Under the pieces are notes generated by a model. The model worked only from the letters and a program-made list of their open reading frames with translations. It searched no databases and was not told the DNA's origin. Both the position numbers and the translations under genes were made by a program. DNA of 63,542 nucleotides, the filler included, from Reticulomyxa filosa (taxonomy: Eukaryota; Protista; Foraminifera): assembly GCA_000512085.1 (NCBI GenBank). It is 20 parts of 20 records of this genome, joined end to end, with 100 filler letters (N's around TTAATTAATTAA, not from the genome) between each part and the next. Parts side by side here need not be neighbours in the genome. Positions count along the whole stretch, not along the records: positions 37,944 to 42,058 come from ASPP01009970.1; positions 42,159 to 48,416 come from ASPP01021859.1; positions 48,517 to 49,516 come from ASPP01049157.1; positions 49,617 to 54,665 come from ASPP01009259.1; 16 more parts are not named here. One strand, 5' to 3'. Below are positions 38,431 through 52,125 of the stretch, one piece after another; position 1 is the first letter of the stretch, and each line of letters begins with the position of its first letter.

Positions 38431-39163
38431 AGTGCTTTTCTTGTTCCTGTTACGATATGGAGAAAAAAAATTTGGTCACTGTTTTTGTTTTTTTTTTTTT
38501 TTTTAGAAAGTAAAAAAAGAACAAACAAAAAATTCTTTTCGAGAAATACACTGAACAAACTGATGCACGTACAAAATTGTCTGCCATTGTTTTATTCACT
38601 TCTTGTTCTAAATTTGTTTTGTGTTTCAACCAGAGCAACTCTCAACCAAGTTTGACAAACAAGAAAACAGACCCACTTTTTTTCCTCACAACCCGATTTT
38701 CTTTGCTCAACTACAAGGTACAATGATATCTAGAGGAAAAAAGAATTCGCCAAAGGGTTATTTTTTTTAAGTGCAATACAAATATCTTTGAAGGAGAAAA
38801 AGCAAGATCAAATATAAAATTACAGTCCTCGCAAAAAAGGGAAAGATTTCCAGCAAGCCACTTTTAGTTTAGTGGATGTTGTTACTGATATTTTGCTTAT
38901 CCTGTTCAAGTATTGTTGTACTGTTTTCAAGTAATTCCTATTTGGGAAATTATATTTTTTCTGCTGTTCTTATAAAATTTGTTCGTGGATTTTCTAAAAC
39001 TAGTTTTTTCCCGAAAACTTTGTATATGTGTAAGTAAAGTGTATACGTCCTCTTTTTACTACTTGAGGTAAAGCAAATACAGACATGTCAGTTTGTTTAT
39101 TTTTTTTTGGCTTTGAATGTTTTGAATTTTTTTCCCCTTGCCAATTAAACTGTAATATCCACC

Positions 39164-41110
39164 ATGACAAATTTTTGTTCTGGCCCTGATGCAAATCCAA
39201 AAGCGCTGAGTGGCACTCAATTCGTGTTGTATCTGATTTTATTTCCCGTACAAATGTACCTGACACTCTACACTATCATGAACATAAGGACAGATTCAAA
39301 CATGCCCTTGAGTTTAAAATTTTTTTGCGTGATTTATCACATGATGATGATGACATTTGTGTTTGTGAGTTTTCAACACTACACATATGGTCGTGCCCTC
39401 CAATTTTCAGTGGACGTTGCCTATTGCAAATTCTTTATGGGTGTAGGATACAGGTAAAATGTTTTCTGGTTGTAAAAAATTTCCAGAAATTTAAAAAAAA
39501 CCATGGAAAAAAAAGAGTGATCTTAAAGGAAATGTGAAGATGTCCAAAAAAAAAAAGGAAGTAAATGTTGATCTTTTTTTGAAAATATTCTCTTCCAATC
39601 AGATTTCTCTTCAAAAGTGAGAGGGGAGACAGAAGAGCAGTTATTTTGCAACCTCAAAGTTTGAATTTGTGGTGTCTTTGAATAAATGATGATTAGTTCG
39701 GCAGTGGTATTTGGGGAATCAATGTTAATGTTTTGGTTTGAAAAGTTGCAAGTGACGTATCGCGGAACGTACATAGCGCTGAGCCGCGGGCTGAATCGAT
39801 TTTTTTATATGTTAGTTGCAGTGACCGGGTCGTTGACACTAACATTGGGTGTTGTCATTGCCTTGCAAACCGATTGCACACTACAAGAAAACAACATTGA
39901 TTTCAACCCTTTTCCTAACCTGAGCAAAGATGAGTTATATTCGTGCGGAGGTTTTGTTTTTTTTTTTTTTTTTTAACTTGAATGTGTCTTCCACCCCCCT
40001 TTTTTTTTTTTAAGCATATTTAATGGGTACCCCTTTACCTCTTCCTTCCCCCTCTCCTTGAGAAAAAGCAAAACACACACACACACACACACAAAACAAA
40101 TGGAAATGTATAGGTTACAGGTGCGTCTTTTGTTGTTAATTGTGCGGAGATTTATTTATATCTTTTATGTCTATTACATTTATGTATGTTTTTGTATGTA
40201 TACATGTTATATGGTATATGCTTATGTGTTCTTCATACCCCCCCTTTTTTTTTTTCGAAGTCGGATACTCTAATTTTGATGGATCATTGGTTTGTTTTGT
40301 CATTTTTGCAGCTCAGGATTACAAAATGCTTACATGGCAGCCGCGGTGCTTGTTCTTTGTACGCTGTGCGCTATTTTAAGTTATCTTTCCTGCATTTGTG
40401 CTGTTGGATTCTTTTGAAGACTTGTGTGCGTGCCTATTAACTATGTTCACTTTTGTTGTTGTTGTTTGGCTTGCTTTGTGGAATATGTTAGTATATCAAT
40501 ATGTCACTCGCTTTAAAACGATTATACTAAACCGTGCATTGTACGAAGAGGAAGAATATGACGATATTGAAAAGGCGTGCATTGTTGCTGTGGTTGGTTG
40601 TCTTACCATTGTTCTGGTCACGATCATTGCCGCAGCCTTTTCCAGTTGCGCTCCTCCCCCCCCCCATTTTCAAAAAGCGTCTTTCAAAATGTTATTGCTA
40701 CGACATTACAAAGAAAAATATTCTGCATGTGCTTTGAATAGATGCCGGATTTGCTAATATCTTTTTAGGAGTTGTGGGGGTATTGAATGGAATGTTCATT
40801 GTTTGCTCCTTTCCTTGGGGAAGCAAGGTCTTGTTCATAATGCTTCTGTGCATGTCTTTTTTCAATAGTGTTTGGGTCTGTCAGGTCGACATTGGTGTAT
40901 TGTTTTTGATTGGTGGGGCGGGGGGAACAAAAACAAAACAAAAAAAAGTTGTATTCAACAATGTTCGGATGGTTCATTCGACGCAAAGCAAAAATTAACG
41001 AACTACGCAAACAATCAAAGCTGAAAAGCGAAACAGAACACAAGTCTAGAGAGGCAACTGAATCGCCAAATTTCACTCCTTATACAAAAATGGCGCAGCA
41101 AGGAAATTAG
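39164..41110 (+). CDS. Orphan 7TM GPCR-like membrane protein, multi-exon
   Basis: Spliced product has about 7 hydrophobic segments, a Cys ahead of TM3 (YCKF), FWFEKL at the end of TM3, a Cys-containing second outer loop and a basic cytosolic tail. Confidence 0.7.
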
Positions 41111-42299
41111 ACTGGATTAGTTTTTGTGGGTAATATATCCATTTGAATTTATGTTTCTAAGAAAATAAAATGGGGAAAAATATGATGTTTGAGACAATTT
41201 GTTTTCGTTTGGTTGTACAAAAAATTGCTGGGTTTGTTTTTATTTTTGGTTTTTGCATTCTGGAGATTACTCAGCCAAAAACTTTGTTGTGAATGATATC
41301 GTCAAAACTTGTATTCAGTTTGGAACGTTCTTCCGAATCTGTTTGTAAATGTTGCAAAAAAAACTATGAAGAGATTCTAAGATAATAAGCAAGTCAGAGC
41401 CTGTTGAAATTAAATTTTGAATTGAGAACTAGAAAAAAGGGAAAATTCGAAATTTTTTTGTTCAAATGTTATATTCTTTGCAACCTACTGTATGTAGCAG
41501 ACTTGAAAAACTTAATTTCCTCAAATGGCCGGAGAAACTCTGAGTCTCGTATAGGTAATGAAAGAAAACAACCATCCAAAGATTTTGAATCATCAAACGA
41601 CTCAAGAGTTAGTTTCGACCAAAGGTCATGCCAAAGCGTTAGTCGAACGATTATTGAAAAAAGAAGGCAACACGACCAAAGATCTTATGATAGCTTTGAA
41701 TCAAGCAAACGCAACTCAAGAGCGACTGTCGAAAGGAAAATATTTGTTCGCAAACAATTGCAATTCAACTGACGCAAAAATACTCTTTAGTATAGTTTGA
41801 ATATAGCGCAAGACGAACTCACATATTAACTAACTTGTGGAAGTTGTTGATTTTTTTAATTGAAAAGAAATGCACATGAATTAAATCATATGCCATTGAA
41901 AGAAGTTCTTTTTAAAAAATTGTCACAAAAATCTTTTTTTTTTTGCAAAAGTGGTAAACAAAGCTTGTGTTATTGAAAAATAATGTGAACAATTTTTTTT
42001 TTTTGATCATTTAAAAAAAAAAAAAGATCGTGTTGGATTAAAGTCTTTTTTTTTTTTTNNNNNNNNNNNNNNNNNNNNNNNNNNNNNNNNNNNNNNNNNN
42101 NNTTAATTAATTAANNNNNNNNNNNNNNNNNNNNNNNNNNNNNNNNNNNNNNNNNNNNTTGATTGTGTGTGAGTTTTGATATGTTTTATTGATCTTTCCT
42201 TTTTTGTTTTCATTATAGTACTGTGTCCCTTTTGGGACGAGGTGCTCATTTTAACTTAGATAAGATCTCATTCTTGCTAAAAAAAAAAATTCTTGCTCG

Positions 42300-43700
42300 A
42301 ATGTTGAATGATCGTGAAATTGAATGTAAATCTCTTGGACATAATACTCCATATCTTCATGTCTCAATCCAGTGATGGACATAAAGATACTGTAAGTTGT
42401 AATCAATGTCCTTCTTATTTGATCTGAATCCTTCTTGCAATAAACAGATATGGTGCTGATGCAAGTTTTGTTCTAGTTTTTGTGCTTTGGAATAAAATCC
42501 GTTGATATTATTCTGGAATACTAATAGACTACTGATCATAGATCTGCTTGTATATTGGTATTCGCAATGTTGATTTCATCTCTTGGTCTATAATTGCTGG
42601 AACGCTGACTAATCTCTGCTAATTCACGTCTTAGTGATAATATTTCATCATCATCAGATTTATTATTCTGTTGCCTTTGATCATTGTTGATCTTTCTTTA
42701 TTCTTCTTTCTATTGGTCCTTAATGACTTGAGATGCTTTTTTTTTCATGAATGCATCTTCGTTCCTTGTCAATTTGATACCAAGCTTTTCTATTGCTTGC
42801 AAATCACATCACATTGCAATAAATTGCTTGGCTGCTTTCGGCATAACACACATTTATGTATGATTGACTCGTTATTGTTTTTGCAGTTTGCTGCTTCGTG
42901 ATTTCCCAGTCCACAATACTTACATATTTTTCGCTTTTTTGGACATTCACGAGCGATATTGTTCAATCTGTAGCATTTCCTGTATTGTTTAAAATTCTTG
43001 ATTTGCCTTTGTCGAATGGCTCCACTTTCATCATTGAATATCCAATCTGAATATCATTGTCTTTCAATATCTTGACAACATCTTCAGTCTTGGATAGCAT
43101 CTTATGGAATTGTTTTACCTCTTATATTTGATATCCTTAATCTTCCAATATCTCCTCTATCTTTCGCGAGTTGATAAGCAGGACATAGCTATTCAATTCA
43201 GGATTAGTCAATGCTTTTTCTTTTGTTCAGTAACAAATGTCTTATGATAAACGTCACATCTTGGCTGCCTTACAACTCTTTGTTTACCATCTTGGTTTTC
43301 TTTTTGTTCCATTTGTCCATTCTTAGCATCATTGAAGTTATGAGTTAATTAAATTAGCTGCTGCTGCAAAATGAACAAAAATGTCCGGAAATTCCAGAAA
43401 ATGTATGCACTAATACTTTTCTGGACAACGCATTCTTGTTTCTCAATCCAGGAAATTTAATCACCGATGTTGCTGACTTGAGTTCTTTGGACTTAATTGT
43501 AGTGATTACAATCGTTGGCCTATTCATACATAGAAATTGTCGTCGAAATTGCATGCTTTTCTTCCACACATTTTCAAATGTGACTTCATCAATATTCTTT
43601 TCTTCGTTTTGTTGTATACTCCATTCCAATTCCATATCCATTTCCAATACCATCATGCATACTGGCATTTGATATGGTAAAACACCTTGCGTCAGCGGAT
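42300..43700 (-). mobile_element. Decayed LINE: gag-like ORF1 with zinc knuckles plus start of APE ORF2
   Basis: 43020-42790 translates to KQYRKCYRLNNIAREC...CKYCGLGNHEAANC...CVLC (one intact CX2CX4HX4C, two degenerate). 42539 starts MISSLLVFQNNINGF...ICLLQE, the APE N-terminal motifs. Confidence 0.85.
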
Positions 43701-44599
43701 CGCCTTCACAAATTTGTTATCAGCGATTGTGTTTCTGTTTTGTCCGAAGTTCAGTAGAAGTTACCAGACCATCGTAGTTCTACCAAACACAAAAATCTGG
43801 TATTTGCCTCGAGATTGCAAATTTTTCAAATGAGTCTTACAGTCTTAAAGCAAGTAATGTTCGACATTCTCCCGCAAGCCTCCCGTTTCCAGTAAAAGGG
43901 CTACTATCCTAGTTACCAGTAGTTTGCACCTTGTTACTCTTAAAGTAACTGATGTCAATATACGCTGGAAGTTTAAAATGTACTTCCACATATCAAAGTC
44001 ACACATATGATGAACCAACGACACCCCCGAAAATGAATTGAAACAAAAAAATGTTGCCAAAAAATTAACAAAATTGATGAAGTCACACTCTACTAACAAT
44101 ATTACAAAATTCAACACTATAAAAAACTTTATATCACTATAAAAATTTTCTTCACTTTTCTCGATCTCTGAAATTTCTTGACCACCGAAATCTTCAAAAC
44201 CACTTAGATTACGAATGATCTTGCAGGTTCAAACGTTTTTCGCCTTCGAAATACAACTTTTTGACAAAAGTTAATACGATGATGTAGTGATTTAAAATAA
44301 TTTTTTTTTTAAATATGACATCAATTTTTTTTCTCCTAAAAAAAAATGAAAAGTGATATATTGGTGATCACTAGATGTTCTTGCTTTTTTCGATTTGTAT
44401 CATTTTTTTAATGATTTGTGGGTCATTTTTTATTTTTTTGAACCTGTTTTTAAAAAATTAACCAGTTTTTAGATGGGGGATGCAGTTCAATTTTTTTATT
44501 TTTGTCTTTGTAATGTTTGTGTTTTAGTAACAAACAACAAAGAGTTGCCTACTGTGTGCTTGCGTACCTGAAGCAGATGTTAGTCTTTTACAACAATGA

Positions 44600-45349
44600 T
44601 GTTTTCATCAAGCATTCTTTTTTATTCAAAGGATGTCTTAATGATAATTAAAGTGGTCAAGTAATATCGAACAAAAGTGAATGCGTTATTTGTTCTGATT
44701 TGTTGAATGTCATATCACGAACTGTAATCAAAAGGCTATTTCTGTGGAAAATATATTCTCTTTTTTTCTGTCAAACACACAATTTTTGTTCCAATCTCAA
44801 TGTTATAGATTGAAAGCAAATCAAGCAAATGGAAAATTGTGCTAATATAAGTGTTGACAATGTTAGTGTTTCCCAATGACAAGGCCAATTTGTTTGTGTT
44901 TCATTATTACAAGAAGCATCCCATTATCACGTATCAATCCGACAACGAAAAGTTAGCAAAGTTACTACTATTGTGATAGCATAAGTTTGACATCGAAAAG
45001 GAATACAAAGGATTTGCATTCCCGAGACAACGAAAACAAAGATATGCTCGTATCGAAGGGGCAATGCAAATGCGACATATGAAGCATGTGATACTTATCC
45101 CAGATTTGACTTGGAAAGACAGGCAATTGAATGTAGGTCTGTTTTGTTGGTGCCATTCTCATAGTGGGAATGACGAGTCAACACTGTGCACAAGATGATG
45201 AAATGTTGGAATACATTGATAATGCGAATAAAAATCACACTATTTTGTATGTGATGGATGATCGTCCCAAAATCAATGCGCAATTCAACAAAGCCAAAGC
45301 AATTCGTGTGCAACGTTGTATCGATGGTTGGAGACATTTGTACAATTGA
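44600..45349 (+). pseudogene. Myotubularin-family phosphatase pseudogene fragment
   Basis: NANATYEACDTYP (~45065-45103) and GMTSQHCAQDDEMLEYIDNANKNHTILYVMDDRPKINAQFNKAK resemble the MTM motifs NxxYxxCxTYP and YVMDxRPKxNA. Frameshifts and deletions; no CX5R site. The 5' limit is approximate. Confidence 0.72.
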
Positions 45350-45524
45350 AAAAAAAACTTGATGCTATTAAAAGAGAAAATGCTACACTTAAACGCAGTC
45401 TCAATGTTGTTGAAATAGGAGTTGATCGGTTTCATTCGTTTGAAAGAAAGACCCAATTATGAATTTCTCAAAAAAATTATAGAAATGAAACTGATACAAT
45501 TAATAAAATACTTAATAATTTTTT

Positions 45525-46357
45525 TTAACAGCATGACTCTTTTTTTCTTTGTTGCTTTTTTTTCAAGTCCAAAGCATCTTGAGGTACATATGCTGGAGCC
45601 TCAACTGCCCCCCTTTTCAAAGCTTTTCTGGCTATTGTTAAAAAGGCTTGTTCGATATTTGCATCATCTTTGGCAGAGGTCTCAAAAAACGGTATTTCAT
45701 TTTTAAGTTGACACCATTGACGAGCTTTTGCATCGACAACTTTTCTTTGTGCTTTTGCTAAGTCGGCTTTATTTCCTAAAACCAAAAATGGATACTCTCT
45801 AGCATCACTTGGATTTGCTTGATTCAAAAACTCATTCATCCATGACTCCAACGAGTCAAATGATTTTTGATCCGTTAAGTCATAAACAAGTATACATGCG
45901 TCTGTTTACATTTTCAATTCGTTTAATTTATTTGTTATGATTCCGTTAAAACAAACAAAATAAATACCTGCCCCACGATAAAACGCTACACCCAAGCTCT
46001 GAAATCGTTCTTGTCCTGCAGTATCCCAAATTTGCAATGTTACCAAAGTATCATCGATTGTTATTTCTTTTGTCAAAAAATCTGCCCCAATTGTGGCTTT
46101 GTATGTTTTTGAAAACTTGTCACTCACATACTTATTCATCAACGACGTCTTTCCTACGCTGAGAAATCAATTGCATATACATTACATGTGTAATTATTGT
46201 CACTAGCTCAACAAAAAAGATAAAAATATATCGTGCCTACCCTGAATCGCCTAATAGTATCGTTTTCAAAACCACTTTTTTTCTGTTTCAACCATTCGCT
46301 TGTCTAATATTGTAGAGTGTTAACAATAAGTCTAAATGTAACAAACCTGTGAGACAT
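45525..46357 (-). CDS. RAB7: Rab7 GTPase, complete, 4 exons
   Basis: Spliced MSHR|[14 protein letters not shown]|[11 protein letters not shown]...[13 protein letters not shown]...[20 protein letters not shown]|...LGNKAD...FETSAK...ESCC. Confidence 0.96.
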
Positions 46358-46810
46358 GTCAGAATTTCAGGCAAAGTACGGACAAAATTCCAAATGTACT
46401 AAATAAATATAAACTGCCCCTAAAATTTACTAACCAAGTGGACTGTGCAACTAACACTTTGTTTCCTGTCAACTGAACCTCAAACCATTGGAAAAATGGA
46501 CAAAGTAAATCTAAAAATTGTTAAAAGAAAAAATTTAAAAATCCTTAAAATAAAATAATGAGTAAAATTGCATAGGTAAATTTTTTGTGAGAATTGAAAA
46601 TGAAAACGTTACGTCAAGATTTATTAAGGTTTGTAGGTGCATAGAATGTGTTCATTAATTTGCAGGATAGATAAAAGGACAAAAGAAAAACAACACGTTT
46701 GTGTTTACTAGTTTCAAAAAAGCACTCGGATGGCAAAAAGAGGAATAAATGAAATAGTGCTTAAAAAAAAATAAACAGCAGCACAACAAAGTGCATCACC
46801 TCACCAAAAA

Positions 46811-48416
46811 TTACTCCGCTTTCAATAATTTTTCAAAGGCAAAAGGTCGGAAAGCTTTTCCATCAGCATAGAAGAATTTACTTTGAAACTCAACCCAGTG
46901 TAAGCGCAGTGCATGTAAAAAGCACTCCAAGACATCCATAATCAATAATACTGTACAAGTAAACGACAAAAAAGCAGCAGCGGATGCTACATTCATGATG
47001 ACGGCACCAACACCAGTACTCTCCAAAGTCATTCGTAAGGTTTTGTCAAAAAACACTTCGGACAATTCAGCATGGGCCAAGCTTAAGGCCCACAAACGTA
47101 AATAAGAAGCAGTATTGGAGATAGTTCCTAGAACATATTCGATGGTGTGAATTAATTGATGGATCATTATATCACCAAAGGACTCATGTTCATGTCCTTG
47201 TCCATGTTGAGTTGAGTGATGGCTGTCCGTGTCTTTGCTGTCTTCGTGTTCAGTCTGTTTGGACTCTTCGTCGATGGTCTGAGATTTCTGGGCTTTCTCG
47301 CCTTCCTTGCTTTGCACAACAGGCAACTGCACTTCGGTTTCCTCTTTCTCGTCATCGGGAATATTTTGGTAATTGTGGTTGGCCATTCGACTCCTCAAAA
47401 TGCAAGGCTTGACACATAGCATGATAGGTATGGAGAGGACCAAAGCCAATAAGAAAGTGACTTGAATGATGACTTGAAGATTCTTGTCTCCAAAGATTTG
47501 CACCTCGCTGTCGACGGAGCCAGGACTTAGGAACATTTTGATGAGAATGGTGATAATTGAGGGCATGTCGGATAAAGTGGACGAGGCCCAATTGATGCAC
47601 CATTTGTAAAATATCAAAAAGACCATGTATCCGAAGAAGCACATCATGAAGACCATTTGTGGAATAAACTCAAACCACACACTAACAAAATCATTTTCCT
47701 GAATATGATTGGACAATTTGAGAAAAAGACCAAAGGTCATTTGAATGACACCAATGATCACAGCCAATTTCATTTTCAAGCTATTGGCGAAAGACAATTG
47801 ATTGTCGACACCACTCCAAGCGGGATCAATTCCAACGGCGTAGACATTACGTTGGACCATGACGACTTGATCGTCCGTGGTGTATCCGTGTTGCCATTGA
47901 GAGCCATTCCAGCCATTGACCATGACGGACATGCAATCATTGTAAATGACACCGCAATACAATGCAAAGACGCCCATAAGCAGCAGCACATATCTGGCGG
48001 AATACAGTGATGACAGATCGGACTGCGACAGATCAGTCAATTTGCCGGCGAGCAATAAGCAGAGTGCAAACAACAGCAGACACGACCCGTGAAACATGTC
48101 TCCATACATTACTCCAAACAGAAACGGGAAAGTGATCACCGTGGGAATGACCGGGTTGAACTCCTTATAACGGGGCATTCCGTATGTATCCACAATCGCT
48201 TGAAACGCTGCTATCAATTCATTTTCTTCGAAATACGTGGACGGACTGCCTTTGAATGGACAGTCTGTCAAAAATTGGCTGACTCACACCTTTGCCGTGC
48301 ACTATTCGTTTCATTATATCGTGAATCTGTTCCTTTGCCTTTGTCGCGCACCATCCTTCCCGCTACCACTATATTATTGCACGTCTTCTGTCAAAATTTG
48401 TTCAGCGTTATGCGAA
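46811..48416 (-). CDS. V-type ATPase V0 subunit a, 3' part
   Basis: YGMPRYKEFNP, TFPFLFGVMYGD, NSLKMK, IHTIEYVLGTISNTASYLRLWALSLAH, LHALRLHWVEFQSKF. Confidence 0.97.
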
Positions 48417-48516
48417 NNNNNNNNNNNNNNNNNNNNNNNNNNNNNNNNNNNNNNNNNNNNTTAATTAATTAANNNNNNNNNNNNNNNNNNNNNNNNNNNN
48501 NNNNNNNNNNNNNNNN

Positions 48517-49516
48517 GCCAAATGGAAATCAGTTCCCATTTAGTAATCGTATTCATAGCTTATTCTCGTCCATTCGTAGCTATTCTTTTAATGTATTTGA
48601 GCGTACAAAACAAAGTAGTCCGAAATCTCTGACATTCATTGAGTTTTTAGTAACACACATCTGTAATTGGATCCAAACATTATCATTGAATTGGTTGAAT
48701 GACTTGTCAGAAGAGATGAAGAAAAGATTGTTACATGATATTGTGCATTTAGAGGGAAATGATATCTTTGGTTTACGTCGCTTTTCTGGAGATACGTGTA
48801 TGATGCTTATCAAAAATGTTTGTTCTTTTGTTGAACTTGCCGCGTCAGATGCAATGCAACAATTTGGAAGATCGGGAACTACGATACAAAGCTCGACCTC
48901 AAACAGTGCCGAAAAAGGCTCTTCTGGTTATGTTAAAAAAGCAAGTGATGGAAATGTATCACAAGAAGAAGAAAATGATGACAACAGCTCGGATGAAGAC
49001 ATATGGGCGCAAGCAAATCCACAAAAAGAGATGGAGCCTTCAGAGGAAGATGATGAAATTATTGTTTTTGGTGATGATGAGGAAGCAAAAGAAGAAAAAC
49101 AAGAAAAAATTAATCCATTCCAAGTATCGGAAATATATGCTGTGTTATGGTCACAACGAGAAGTTTTATGTGATTTCATCGATGTTTTATCAGCATTCCA
49201 AAGTCGTTCCACTAGAGAATTGGACAAAATTTCTCAAAGTTTTTTTTTTGTTGTTCACAAGCATTCAAACAAAAGATAGTAATTAATTTGTGTGTGTGTT
49301 TTGTTTATTAACTTTTGGTAGTTTGGGATGAAAAATTGAATGTATATGAGTCAGTGGGTAAAATATTAATAATTGTATTGGAATATCTTGAGAAATCTTT
49401 GGAGACAACAGCTGCAGACAAAATGAAAGACAAGTTGAATTATTTGATTTATATCTCACAGGCATTCCATCGATTGGTTCAATGGTTACATGAAGGATGC
49501 AAAAACAAGAATTTTA
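48517..49516 (+). CDS. Hypothetical helical protein fragment with acidic loop, spliced, partial
   Basis: Exons at about 48600-49238 and 49322-49516, separated by a GT-AG intron. No family recognised. Confidence 0.6.
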
Positions 49517-49616
49517 NNNNNNNNNNNNNNNNNNNNNNNNNNNNNNNNNNNNNNNNNNNNTTAATTAATTAANNNNNNNNNNNNNNNNNNNNNNNNNNNN
49601 NNNNNNNNNNNNNNNN

Positions 49617-49997
49617 CCGTCGCGAGATACACGAGGCCAATCAATTATAAATGCGTCGAAGCAGACGGAAGTGCTGAAACGCAAAATGGATGTGACCGAC
49701 GAAGATAACATTAACGGCCCCAATGTGAAAGGGTGGTGGGAGGAAAAACAAAAGAAAAAAAATGACAAGAACAACTTGGATGTATATTTTTATTGCAAGA
49801 CTTATCATCCTTTAGGCATCAGCTGCAAACAATTAAACAGCTTTCGGTATGTCCATGGCCTCTTCGATCCCAAAAATACCCTTCATTACTCCGAGCGCTC
49901 TCTCAACGACGTTGCTAGTCAGGTCAACCCAAGTGCCATACCCGCCAGTTTGTTGTCGAGGAAAGCTGTCAATCTGCAAAATTTGGAAGGAATTTGA
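49617..49997 (+). CDS. Hypothetical protein, 3' fragment
   Basis: Open frame from the contig edge with coding-like GC content. Confidence 0.45.
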   Translation, partial: PSRDTRGQSIINASKQTEVLKRKMDVTDEDNINGPNVKGWWEEKQKKKNDKNNLDVYFYCKTYHPLGISCKQLNSFRYVHGLFDPKNTLHYSERSLNDVASQVNPSAIPASLLSRKAVNLQNLEGI

Positions 49998-50521
49998 TTT
50001 GTTTCATTTTACCCAACTCAATTTAATTAGAAATTTTTTTTTTTTTTTTTTTTTATTCCTATTTTTTTTTAAAAAAAAAAAAATATTAGTTACACTTTTT
50101 CACTGAAACAGTATCGCCACCGTTTGCTGGCAAAATTTTCGCGTTTTTGTGCTGTGCTTATCGCTTTTTTTTTAGAAAGTCAAATTTTTACCCCTTTTTT
50201 GTCCAATTGAAAGTCATCCTTCCAGCAAACTGCTTTTCTTGTTGTAGCTTTGAGTATTAAGCTTGGAGTGTTTGAATAATGTGGTTAAATAGCTCTTCTA
50301 TTTATTCAGCTGTTAGTGATTCGAATTATCACAAATTATTCAACCAATACAATAAGTAGAGCTACTATGATATACTCCAACTCTTTTTTAAAAATCTTAA
50401 AAGAAAAGCATCAGAACGAAACAAACAAAAAAACGGCAGGAGTGAGAGGAAAAAATCTTTACGCCCAGGTGGTTAAACTTTTTTGCATAATCATCCATCA
50501 AATCGCTATAAAGAAGAGAAG

Positions 50522-51486
50522 CATGGACGTGTGGGCTAATTTAGGGTCACCAGAATCCTTTTTATTTTTCAACGAAACATGTTGTCATTGCATACCTATC
50601 CGTATAGGTACCCCGTCTCAGCAAAAAGCCTTTTTTTTTTTGATCCAAGATCACGGAAAAGAGAAAAAAAATAATAATAAAACAAAAACAAAAAAACCAA
50701 AGGGATAGCATTGGCAGCATTGATAAGTACCGTGGACACACTAATAGAGGTGTTTGGTAATGCATATGTTGAGTGGTGGTTATTATGGATAGTGTTTGGA
50801 CTGACATGTTGTTTCAGTACTCTCTGTATCTACGGTGCCTATGCGTTACAATCAAAATACATTAGATCCTATTTTTGGTGGACAATAGTGCTGATAATTG
50901 TAGACAGTTCAATATTACTCTATGAAGCCCTTGTTTACAACGTTGCGTTTTCTTTTGAAAATAAAAAATGTACATACGCATGCATATTTTTTTCATTACA
51001 ATCCGTATTTAAAAGTTTGCAAATGAACTTTTTGGGGGTTGGGGATGTTGGACACGTTTGCAGCAAGTATGCGAAAAACGATATGACAAAGGGACACATG
51101 ATTACAATGACTGCAAGACAGTTGGACGAAAAGTATTGACATTCTCTGTTGAAGGTATTAGCATAATCGCCGAGACATACTTTGCTTTCATCGCATTTAC
51201 ATTTTTGAAATTAGTTTTGTACCGTATTTGCCTTTGTTTGTTTTATTAAATTTTGAAGTAGTGTCAACTTTGTTACTGTATACTATTGCGCCTACAGATT
51301 AAAAAAGTACCTACTGAAGGTCTTGATTCCGTCTTGAAAGAAATATCCCAAAAAGAGTTTCGATCTGTTTCAGAAAGTAGTGGGAGAAGGATTTCTGATG
51401 ACATTGGAATTGATGCCGATACCCTCGGCCAAACATATGATGATATTCCAAGAGAGTATCATCCACCAACACAACAACAACAATAA
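50522..51486 (+). CDS. Small 4-TM membrane protein (LAPTM/tetraspan-like), multi-exon
   Basis: N-terminal CCHCIPIRIG, four hydrophobic stretches, a Cys-containing loop (VCEKRY...DCK) and GT-AG introns. Confidence 0.6.
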
Positions 51487-52125
51487 CAGTCTTGAGAAAC
51501 TGCTCTTTGTTTGTTTGATTTACACTTTTTTTTTGTTTTTGGTTTGGAAAATGAAACTGTTCAAAAAAAAAAAATGGAGGCTTTTTTATTTCTGTACTTC
51601 TCCATTTCTTGCCTTCTTGCTCTCTCTCCATATCACACGCTTGTTGACCAAGATATCAAGTAAAATGATGCATTTATGAAAATATTTCGCAAAAAAAAAA
51701 CCGATTTATCGACCTTGCAACATTGCAATTTAAAAACTATTTAAAAATTAGCGATTGATCATATATTTGCAAAATGAAAACTAAAAAAACCACAATACAA
51801 AACATTTCAATAAGAAATCTAAATATGATCATTTGAAAATCAGAAAAATATTTTCGAAGAAAGTTTTACACATTTCAATCGAGAGTTACTAAATAAATTT
51901 CATGGTGTACAACACCAACCGAAATTTGAGAAAATTTTTTAGAAAGTTGCTAAAGAAGGCGTGATCTAGACAATGTTTTGCTCAAAAAATTGGATTTAAA
52001 CTATAATTTGATTTTGAGAGTCTTGGAAAGATCAACGCGCAACTACTCTGTAAGCTGCACGCTCCTACGTTACGTTTGTTGTGTAGCATCGAGGCATTAC
52101 AAACAACACTGATCTAATTATCCCA

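Noticed and set aside
41525-41800. Short + strand ORF (MKENNHPK...)
   Set aside because: Possibly a gene remnant, but no motif or splice support.
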